Positions 53,791-64,000 of a stretch of DNA of 64,000 bases are shown here, one piece after another; position 1 is the stretch's first letter, and each line of letters opens with the position of its first letter. Under the pieces are notes generated by a model. The model searched no databases and was not told the DNA's origin. It was given only the letters and a program-made list of their open reading frames with translations. The position numbers and the translations under genes are program-made. The DNA is from Callorhinchus milii (Eukaryota), in assembly GCF_018977255.1 (NCBI RefSeq), contig NW_024704742.1:10542001-10606000 (forward strand), in the 5' to 3' direction.

Positions 53791-54095
53791 CCTTGCATTT
53801 GATATAGCGCTTTTCACGTCGGGAAGACGTCCCAAAGCGCTTCACAGAACGCACTGTAAAGCGAATTCACTGTATATTTGTGGGCGAACGCAGCAGCCAA
53901 TTGCGCACAGCAATGTCCCGCAAACAGTCGTAGATTGAAAATGACCAATTTTATTATTGTTTTGTTTTTTTGGAGGGATTATTATTAGGCTCTGTGTGGA
54001 GTAAGGAAACTTGCCCAAGGTTTCGCTCTGCCTGGAATTGAACTCAGGTCTCTCACTTGCAAAGCGAGTGCTCTAACCACTGAGCTACAGGACTC
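52258..54095 (+). repeat. Left arm of 1.8-kb inverted duplication
   Basis: Reverse complement of 59490-61322 with scattered substitutions. Confidence 0.95.
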
Positions 54096-54985
54096 CACTG
54101 TCGGACATCAAGTCCTGGATGAGGGCAAATTTCCTACAGTTGAATGTGAACAAGACTGAGGCCCTCCTGATTGGCTCGCGCCAGCGCCTCTGCACCTCAG
54201 GTTCTGGCAGCATCAACCTCCATGGTTGCACACTTCAGCTCACCAAGCCAGTCAGGAACCTCGGTGTCTTGTTCGACCCTCAACTGTCTTTCCTTCCCCA
54301 CATGTAGGCCATGACCCGCTCTGCCTTCCCTCACCTCTGTAACATCACCCAACTCCACCACTACCTCACTCCTCAGGCCGCTGAAACTCTTGTTCATGCC
54401 TTCATCACCTCCAGGCTCGACTATGCAAACGCCCTGCTTGTCGGCCTTCCCAACTCCTCCCTCCACAGGCTGCAGATAATCCAGAACTCTGCAGCCCGTG
54501 TCCTCTCCCGCACCAAACTCTGTGACCCCCATCTCCCCCACTCTTGCCCGACTACATTGGCTCCCTATCCTTCAGAGGATCCAGTTCAAGATCCTGGTCC
54601 TCATCTACAATGTCCTCCATGGCCTCGCCCCACCCTATCTCTGCGACCTCCTACTCCCTACCAACCCACCCGCTCCATTCGCTCAGCCGGCTCCGGCTGC
54701 TCCACAACCCCCAACCCACCTACCCCACCATTGGCGGGAGAGCCTTCAACCACTCTGCCCCCAACCTCTGGAATTCCATCCCCCCGGTCACTCCTTATCC
54801 TCCTTCAAGTCCCGCCTCAAGACTCTCCTCTTCGACCATGCCATCGATTACCCCCCTTCCCCTCCCCTCCCTTCTCTCTCCCTGACCCCAGCTCGGGTCT
54901 GAAATGCTGTACACTGTCCAGCGCCTTGGGACGTCTCCCAACTTGAAAGGCACTATACAAATGTAATCTTGTTTTTGTTTTGTTG
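53355..54985 (+). mobile_element. L2 RT fragment with tail, split by a SINE
   Basis: [21 protein letters not shown]; continuous across the SINE. Confidence 0.9.
53753..54097 (-). mobile_element. SINE family A, short subfamily
   Basis: Complete head to (TAA)n tail. Confidence 0.93.
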
Positions 54986-55194
54986 GCAACACCAATAGAA
55001 CAATCCATTTATTCCCTGAGATTGGGGCAACCCAATCCCTTTTATGGACAAATGTAAGTAATGCTGTATTAATAAATGCTGCACAATGATCTTGTTTATG
55101 CATCCACCCTTCTGATGAGCTTTAACTCATCTAAATTAAATGTGGAGAAGCAAGAAGACTGTCTGTCATTGGAAAATATATTGCCTTATTTAAA

Positions 55195-55430
55195 CAAAAC
55201 GCAAAATACTGCAGATGCTGGCAATCTCAAACAAAAATAGAAGTCGCTGGGAACACTCAGCAGGTCAGGCAGCATCTATGGAGGAAGGAAAGTGAGTCAA
55301 CATTACAGGTCCACGACCCTTCGTCAGTTCTGATGAAAGGTCGTGGACCCGAAACGTTGACTCACTTTCCTTTCTCCATAGATGCTGCCTGACCTGCTGA
55401 GTGTTCCCAGCGACTTATGTTTTTGTTTTG
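55195..55430. mobile_element. Palindromic Penelope-type terminal-repeat element
   Basis: ~100-bp inverted arms centred at 55328-55329; same unit as 34230-34835. Confidence 0.75.
55326..55362 (+). ncRNA. Minimal type I hammerhead ribozyme motif
   Basis: CTGATGA 55330, stem II GGTC/GACC, GAAAC 55351, palindromic AACGTT stem III, stem I AGTT/GACT. Confidence 0.7.
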
Positions 55431-55799
55431 CATTATTTAAACCTGATTAATGGTTGGAAAAATTGGATTTGCAAGAAGTCCAATGCTTTCTTTCAAACAT
55501 TATCGTTATGGCCAGTTGTAAATTCTCAGCTTTGTCTCATACCATTGTGATCACTAAGAATTTGACAGTGATTCTCAAACTGATGTAACTTCAGACCTTT
55601 TAACCTTAATGCCAATCTATACTGTTGGAAGTAAAGCTATATTCCCTTCATAAGTCAAATGTTTAGGTGCAGTAATTTGATGTAAATTTCTCATTCCAAA
55701 TTGGAGTCACAGGAATTTTGATCATGTAAATATATGTTGCTTCGATACTGGGTGTGAGTTTTTTAATTTTATGAAATAGCATGTCACTCAGCTACTGAT

Positions 55800-56132
55800 A
55801 ATAATAATAATAATAATAATAATAATGCTTATCATTGCATATGATATAGCGCCTTATCCTGACTTTGAGATGTCTCAAAGTGCTTCACAGAATATACTGT
55901 AAAGTGAATTGACTGTATATTTCATGGGCGAAATAAGGCAGCCAATTGCGCACAGCAGTGTCCCACAAACCTTCTTGGATTGAGTGATCATTTTTTTTTA
56001 AAGGATTATTACCCCGGAAAAATGATCCGCCAATTACCTGACAACTGGGTTCGTACTTACTGCTAAGTAAACAGAGGCGGATGGAGTAAGAAAACTTGTC
56101 CAACGTCTCGCCCTGCCTGGGTAACGAACCTG
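55800..56132 (-). mobile_element. SINE family A (long), 5'-truncated
   Basis: Core and tail in reverse. Confidence 0.85.
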
Positions 56133-56829
56133 ATGCTGAGAAGTTCTAAACTCCTTGACCTGGCCTATGTATTAAACATTTTTAGCTCACACACTGAAAC
56201 AAAATTCTAATATTACAGTAATAAAACTCCAGAAATTTCAGCAGCAGCTTTATTAAAGTAAAATTAACCCCCAAATAAACGCGTTTTCAAATTAAATAAA
56301 CCATTTAAGCACTTCTTTTTCTCATCTGCCTCTGTACTCTCTTCTACTTTTATTCATTTTAATTATACTTGTAAATTTTTTAGTATAGTCCAATGAAATC
56401 TAGTCTTTTTTAATCTAAACGTCAATCTTCCGACCATCCACTTCAGAGGATGGGATCAAGTTCAAATGAATGGTCTTTAGTTGGCGGCTTCAAAGGCTGC
56501 TTTACAGCCACTTCAGGCCCAACAGATCAATCTTTGATGCAATTTCCTTGAGTTAAACATAATCCAACCAATGACCTATTTAATTGAGGACCTGGGCAAT
56601 AAGATAATTCATTGGCTGTGCAATAAAGATTAATAATTCATTTACCTAACTGGAATTGCATTCACACTGATGCCTGGGTCACCACTGCAGTTAAACTCGC
56701 TAAAACCGCATAGCTTGTCATTGAAAGCACTGTCTGGCAAGCTTGCTACTGCTTGTCTATCTAGGATCATCCAACCCGTTAGAGCTTTTGCTTACATGGT
56801 TAATAGGAACTGAGTGGGAGGAACCCCTG

Positions 56830-57097
56830 GTCCCAGTGACGGGGACTTCAGCCTCTCTGCCCCTACCCTCTGGAACTCCATCCCACAGTCCCTCCACCTC
56901 ACAACCTTCCTTTCCTCCTTCAAAACCCTCCTCTTTGATTGCGCCTTTGGTGACCATCCTACCCCTACCTTCCCTGCCCTCCACCCCTCCTGATCCCAAC
57001 CACCAGCTTAGGTCCAAATCTCTGACAGTTCAGCATCTTGAGACATCCTCCTGACATGAAATGTGCTGTACAAATATATTTGTTATTGTTGTTGTTA
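56830..57097 (+). mobile_element. Old L2 tail
   Basis: CTCTGGAACTCCATCCC, tail, (GTT)n. Confidence 0.78.
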
Positions 57098-58153
57098 TCT
57101 GCCTCTCCAAGTTCTGCACTTCAGCATACACCATCTCTAGAAAAACATGCTAAAACTATGCATTAAAATTTTGACTTATCTCCACTTGAAATGTTTCTAG
57201 ATCTAGGAAAATCGCCAATCTGTCCATGAGTTGTGGTAGGGAAAGGAGTCTTGAGTTTTTTTCCACTGAAAGCAGACATTCCACTTTGGCATATTAATCT
57301 GCCTATGACCAACTGAACTCAACCCTACAAAGAGAAACATAATAGGACATGAGGAAAACATGCAGGAGAAGGGGACTGAACAGTTAGCTCAGACTTAGGG
57401 CAGGCCTCTGACAATTTTTTAAAAACAAAATGTATTATTTTTAGCCAGCATCTGACGCATGTGGAAACTCATCACCATGTTTAAGAGTATCCAAGCAAGA
57501 ATGAAAGATCTTTATATATATGTCACCTCGGCATGGAAATTTACCTGCATCTTGAATGAAATGCACATTCTTTCCTTGGAGGGACGCAACCTGCTTACCT
57601 AATTCTGAAGAGTATTTGGCACAGGTTGGCATGAGCCAAGGCTTGGGGACCCAAGAGTCTGGGGTTTTAACTTGCAGTTTAATTTGCTAATAGCGTACAT
57701 TGAAAGTCTTGTCTGGTGAGCTTGCCTCTACTTGTCTAGCTAGGATTACCCTACCCATTCATTAGGGATTTTGCTTGCAGGGTGAACAGTGGAAAGACTC
57801 CTTACTCCCAGTGACTGGTCTGCCTCTCCAAGTACTACTGATCAAGTAGGCTGGCTGGTTTGTCATCAGCAGTGCCCTGGAATACTGCAAACCCACGTGG
57901 CTCAGGAGCCAGGCTACGACACACATGAGGGATTTGATTCTGACATTCCAAACATTGTCAAGTCATATGGTGTATTGGAAATGTCCAGCAGTTAGAGCAA
58001 TCAATTTTTTTTAAAGATGGTTGAAAGAACATTTTCTTCTACACTTCTTCAAAATGGTTGCAATTCTTACACTGTTTGTCATTTGGCAGAAATACGGTGA
58101 GTCAAGACAGTCAAATATATGGCCCCAAAGACAACAGCCAATTTCCTTCATAC

Positions 58154-58280
58154 CTTGAATTGAATTCAAGTCCTTTGAAACCCCAACTTGAATCTCAGAA
58201 GATGATTCATTAAAATCAAAAGTCTTTGTTGAGGTTTGGGCAGACCTCAAATAAAGTTCAACTGGCGATTTTCTCCTGGA
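58154..58280 (-). other. Candidate 127-nt exon (SRRKSPVELYLRSAQTSTKTFDFNESSSEIQVGVSKDLNSIQ)
   Basis: Long pyrimidine tract + CAG acceptor, AAG|GTATGA donor, open frame. Confidence 0.3.
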
Positions 58281-59489
58281 CTGAAAAAAGAGGAAAATCT
58301 GAGAAGAAAATCAAGAGAGAAACAGAGCGATGCTCCTCGACAGTGTGATTGTTTCCTGATCTAAACTCTCAATCTGGTCTGATGACTGCAGGTTTTTGAT
58401 GTAACTAGAATCATAGAAATTTATAGGCACATTTAGGGCTGTGATGAGACCTGGGTTCGATTCCTACTTACCTAGCAGTAAGTAGGAACCCGACTGTTAG
58501 TATATTGATTGATCACTTTTCCAGGAGTAATAAGTTTAGATCAGGAAACAATCACAATGGGGACAGCAGGGACATAGCTTTTGATAATCTCAGTTTTTAT
58601 GTATTTTTATTTATGTATTATTCCCTCTCTTAACACATTTAAAAATGTATACACTTTACAATATATTCTGTGAAGCGCTTTGAGACTTCTCGAAGACCTG
58701 ATGAGGCACTATATCAAATGCAAGGATAATTATTATTTCTGTGCTACATAAATGAAAGTCTGGAAATAGAATACATGGGTGAGTGAGAAAAAGGAGCCTA
58801 CAGACTAAAAGGGTTAATGAAGCTAACAGCAGTATGTGGAATTCTTTCCTCATAATGTTTCTTTTTTTTTGAGTTCTTTATGAAAATCCAAAATCGTGAT
58901 TTTTTTTCACAAACCAAATCTTTTCTCAGCTCTGTCGTGTTGAAGAGAAATCAAACGCAGAACATTGTAGAGTTTGTTTCTTTCATGCGTTATGCTCTAG
59001 GAAGAATTCCGTTACAGTAGCTGTTTTTTGTCCTTGCAATTCAAGCCCTTAATAAAATAGATAGTTATGATTCTCTATTATATCCTTCAATATTCTGTGA
59101 ATGATTTACAGCTTTAGTACTGCAGATTACAATGCTATGACCAAAAGAGAGTCTCCTTTCCAAAAAAAGGCACTGGACAACAAAGAGCATTCAAAACAAA
59201 CAGTAAGAAAGGATGCAATTAATCTGTTTGGTTACAAACATCACTGTATTGCTTCAGAGAAACTGTAAGAAACAAAAACAACTTCAATCCTAACTTGACA
59301 TGCAATATTTCAAAGAAATAATAATTATTGATTGATTATAAAAAAAAGAAATGATAGATATCAATATGACATTATTCAACAAACAAAAAGAAATAAAGAA
59401 TTTTGGGGCACGTTACAAGTGCGGGTCTCTGGTGATGAAAACAATGACAGGTTTAGACAACTGAAACAACCATACCAAAGAGAATTGGT

Positions 59490-59793
59490 AGTCCTGTAGC
59501 TCAGTGGTTAGAGCACTCGCTTTGCAAGCGAGAGACCTGAGTTCAATTCCAGGCAGAGGGCGAAACCTTGGGCAAGTTTCCTTACTCCACACAGAGCCTA
59601 ATAATAATCCCTCCAAAACCAAAAACAATAATAAATTGGTCATTTTCAATCTACGACTGTTTGTGGGACATTGCTGTGCGCAATTGGCTGCCGCGTTCGC
59701 CCACAAATATACAGTCAATTCGCTTTACAGTGCGTTCTGTGAAGCGCTTTGGGACGTCCTCCCGACGTGAAAAGCGCTATATCAAATGCAAGG

Positions 59794-59829
<36 letters not shown>

Positions 59830-61322
59830 GACAGTCTGTCAGGACAGCAGTGGTCCTGGAGTTGAGGGTGGAGGCAGAAAGATAGAGTTGGGTGTCATTC
59901 GCATACATATGGAAGTTGACCCCATGTCTGCAGATGATGTCACCAAGTGGGAGCACGTAGATATAGTAAAGAGGAGAAGGCCAAGGACAGAGCCCTGGGG
60001 GACGCCAGGCGTGACAGTGCGGGGGCTGGAGGAGAAACCGTTGGAGGCAACAAAGTGGAGATGGTGAGAGAGATAGGATTTGATCCAGGCAAGGGCAGGT
60101 CTGCAAAGGTTAAGTAAAGAAGAGAGGCAGTGTATGAGGATGGAGTGGTCAACAGTGTTGAAGGAAGAGAAGTCGAGGAGGGCAAGGAGGCAGAGGAGCC
60201 CTGATCAAAATCGTCAAAGCACATCTGTAATAATAATAATAGTAATCCTTGCATTTGATATAGCGCCTTATCACGTCTTTGTGACGTCTCAAAACACTTT
60301 ACAGAATATACTGTAAAGTGAATTGACTAAATATTTTGTGGGTGAAACCAATTGTGCACAGTAATGTAATTTAATGCAGCGACTGATTTCTCGTATGCTG
60401 ACGGTACCAATTAGCTATGGACTACAACTCTCATGTTCATGATAACATTGTGACGAATTTATTTTTACAATTAAAGTTTTTTTTTATTGAACAATTACAA
60501 GCAAAAGCTATACATTAATGGCAGAATTCAAATCATTGATGCAATTACCCTGTAAAGTTAATCATCTGAGGGTGAATTTGTGTCTGAGTTGAGAAAGACT
60601 GAAAGATTGAAAAAGATTCAAACTCGCAAGATGAGTAGTTCCAAGGTTGAGTGTTAAAAGAGACAGTCACAGGCTTCAATTCTTAGGTTGCGTGAATTTA
60701 ATCATCAGAAGTGGAAGAGCAGATAGACAGAAGAATGTGACAGAAGGTTTCGTAAAGCTTTCAAAATATTTTATTGAAATTATGTATTTATTGTAGTGAG
60801 TTAAGGGTTAATATTGCAGTCATAAAGTTCCTACTTTTTCTTAACTTTTCTTTATAAATGTTGACTCCTGACACCTGTAACCTCTCAAGACCAGTTATAT
60901 CCTACCAAATCCAGAGCTGTGCACCATACTCCCAATAGATTCTGACCAACATCTTGCAGAAAAAATATAACCTCTTTTAATTTGCCCAGCCCTCTGGGAA
61001 GCTACTCTGCGTGAGGGGTGCAATACAGATGCAAGTTGTTGTTGTTGTTGTTGCTGCCCACGATCCCTCTTTTAATGCAACTCAATATCTTTGCCTTTCA
61101 TCTGCAATCAAACAGTAAGCGGACGATTTCATAAGATGCGTTCATAATAACCCTAGCACTTTAAGAAGTGTGTGTGAGCATCTGTACGGCAGCGGGAGGG
61201 TGAATATTGTCCATTTTCCCCACATGAGAAAGGCTCTTACTGATAGATCAAAAGGACATAAGAACAGCCTCAATCTAGCTGGAAGTCTAAAATACGAGAA
61301 CTGGGAAAATAACAGATTATGC
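59490..61322 (-). repeat. Right arm of inverted duplication (contains SINE 59490-59828 and L2 piece 59829-60225)
   Basis: Shares private SINE variants CAATCTACGAC and AATTCGCTTT with the 53753 copy. Confidence 0.95.
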
Positions 61323-62298
61323 AGTGTTACTTTATTGGAAGCAACCAAGGTTTCAGCGGAAATTAATTTTGTTTCTGAACAACTGAGGACCGATTTTGTA
61401 AGTGTCGCAAACTGAATAACAGAGGCTTAAAGCAAAGTCCACGTATCTGTGAAATCGTTGAACTGAGCCCAGTTGTAAATCAAATCAAAGAGTCAGTAGC
61501 CATGAGCAAGGGGTCCCTTTGATTAAATTATATTGTTGACCAGCTCAGGTTGTAGCCTGATGCATGCCATTAGATTTGTCCATTGTTGGCTGCAGAACAT
61601 GGCTGCTGCTCGTAGTTAAATAAAGATAGGTTTTCAGGGTTAACAGGAGCTGAGTGGGATGACTCCCTGCCCTCAGAGACTGATCTCTACCAATGAGCCA
61701 GGTTGTCTGCGTTGTTATCAGCAGTGCCCTGGAATACCGCAGACCCACCTGGCTCAGGAACTGGACATCCAAGACTGTTTCAGAGGGCTGGCTCGATTCT
61801 GACATTCCATTGCCAGGTATATCACCTTGGAACTAGTCAACAGCACTGAAGGATGATGTTTGCAACAAGGTCTAGGTCCGGGTGCCTCCTGAGGATGTCC
61901 ACAATCAGATCTCTCACTTTTAATCCAGTAGCAGACATGAGCCCACTAAGGAGCCAAGCCACTACATGCTGGTATTTCCACATTGGAAGTATAGCTGCAC
62001 TCTTGACCCACCCAATATAGTTACAAGGTTAGCCCCAGTCATACTCTATCAGGTCCAGCGAGCTTGCCGCGATTCCTCTCCCAACCCCCAAGGTGGGTGG
62101 AGGGGGAGGGGGACCATCCAGAGGGTGCCAGGCTACTGAGAGTGCACCACTGACTCATGGTGAATCAGCGGCCCTTTGCCCCTTGTTGGTCGCAGTTGGG
62201 TCTTGCAGTGAGCAGTGCATGCAGCATTGGATGACATGCCACTTCAGCCCCATACCTATAGGTACTGCATCTGTAAGCATGGAGTCCGTCCTGCACTA

Positions 62299-62515
62299 AT
62301 AATAATAATAATGATAATAATCCTTGCATTTGATATAGCGCTTTTCACGTCGGGAGGACGTCCCAAAGCGCTTCACAGAACACACTGTAAAGTGAATTGA
62401 CTGTATATTTGTGGGCGAACGCGGCAGCCAATTGCGCACAGCAATGTCCCACAAACAGTCGTAGATTGAAAATGACCAATTTATTATTGTTTTTGGTTTT
62501 GGAGGGATTATTATC
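62299..62515 (-). mobile_element. SINE family A short subfamily, 3' half
   Basis: Near-consensus tail and body. Confidence 0.9.
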
Positions 62516-62609
62516 TAAGGCAGAGAGAGAAGGGGGTAAAGAAAGAGAGAGGGAGAGAGGAGACAGAAAGTGGCACAGAGAGTGGTTCCTGGGTTAAAGT
62601 AGATACCCT

Positions 62610-63420
62610 CAGAATCCTTACTACAGAAGAATGCAAGAGGACATAAACAGGCTAGCAGAATGGGCAGCCAGATGGCAAATGAAGTTTAATAGAGGAAAAT
62701 GCAAAGTAATTCACTTTGTCAGGAAAAATAAAGAAGCCGTCTATAGGCTGGGTGGTAGGAACCTAAGAGGAGTAGAGGACCAGATCCACAAATCTCTAAA
62801 AGTAGCTTCAGATAAAGTCAAAGAAAGGCCAATAGGACCTTGGGCTTTATCTCCAGAGGGCGGAGGTAATGTTGGATTTATACAAAACCCCGGTTGAATC
62901 ACATTTGGAGTATTCCGTCCAATTCTGCCTCCACAGAAAAAAAGGTTATAGCAGCAATGGAAAGAGTACGGCGTAGGTTTATAAGGATGGTACCAGGACT
63001 GGCAGGTTACCACTATAAGGATAGGCTGGATAGGGTAGGCCTTTTATTACTAGCGAAGGGGGACCTAACAAAAGTGTTTAAAATTATAAAAGGATTTGAT
63101 AAATAGGCTGTGTCCACTAGTTGAGGCGTCTGTAACCAGGCGACATATGTATAAAATAGTGAAGTGGGGATCTAAAAGACAATTTAGGAGGAACTCACAG
63201 AGTTCTGAGATTGTGGAATTCATTGCCTGAAGCAATGGTTGAATCAGATAGTATAGATATATTCAAGAGGAAGCTAGACCTACACATGAAGGAGAGGAGA
63301 AAAGAAGGGTATGAGAGGGAGTAAGGAATGGGTGAAGACTTGTGTGGACTCGGCATAGACTGGTTGAGCTGGGTGGCCCGTTTCCCTGCTGTACATTCTT
63401 TGTAAATCTTTTTATTCTTA
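62610..63420 (+). mobile_element. Degenerate CR1 LINE 3' fragment
   Basis: MQEDINRLAEWAARWQMKFNRGKCKVIHF; ERVRRRFIRMVPGL..KGDLTKVFKI. Confidence 0.88.
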
Positions 63421-64000
63421 GATCATCTAGGATATGCTGTGGTACATTCAAAATGTTTCCCGAGGTCCAGCAAAGGGCAGCACAAGGTCAAATGACTGCG
63501 ATCACATCAGAATCATTAGCAGCCAAGTGATTCCACATTTAGAAGAAAATTCAAAACTGACTCATAAGATCCAAGGATTTTACTAATGATTCCACCACCA
63601 CATCCAGAAATAGGATTTCATAGATTTGCTGTTCTGGCATTTTGAAGAATTTCTTTGTATTTTCGGTCTTTCCTGGATCAGACATTAGAAGAGCTGATAT
63701 TTTTTAATGCAGCTATTCTTCCTAATGGACCCTTTGGAAACTAGGAGTGTCCCCACCACCACACACACACCTTGTAAAAGTGAACTAGTATCCTGCATAT
63801 ATAAAAAATACACGTTATCTATAGTTTTATAGAGTGCAAGGTGTTGACTCCTACACTCTCAAGGTTAATAAAATGGTTGAGTGTAAAGGCTCTGTACTAA
63901 CTACAGATAATAGTAATAATCCTTGCATTTGATATAGCCCATTATCACAATTTAGAGTTAGATTTGACAAGAGGAGCTGTACCTCACTGCACATAACACA

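Noticed and set aside
59490..61322. SINE-driven 3' transduction as origin of the duplication
   Set aside because: The copy starts at a SINE head, but has no tail or TSD at 61322, contains many T-runs that would stop Pol III, and the templated junction is at 52.2 kb

Overview
Repeat-rich vertebrate intronic or intergenic DNA. By the repeat families it is most likely a cartilaginous fish, possibly a chimaera (inference). No complete host gene is visible, and nearly all listed ORFs are retrotransposon pieces or chance frames. Contents: (1) an apparently full-length single-ORF L2 LINE (7752-11386, 5-bp target-site duplication (TSD)) plus many truncated L2 copies, some ~99% identical by eye; (2) two tRNA-derived SINE families that share the L2 3' stem-loop; (3) CR1, Tx1/L1, Harbinger and Penelope-type relics, the last carrying minimal hammerhead ribozyme motifs. 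Most notable: a 1.8-kb inverted duplication (52258-54095 / 59490-61322) whose junctions record template switching and imply a 5.4-kb inversion; a degenerate coding-like 1.8-kb island (50263-52050) fused to a Tx1 RT fragment that may be an endogenous RNA-virus polymerase fossil (speculative); a two-strand hammerhead palindrome; and a minisatellite made from a SINE head. Boundaries of old repeats are approximate.
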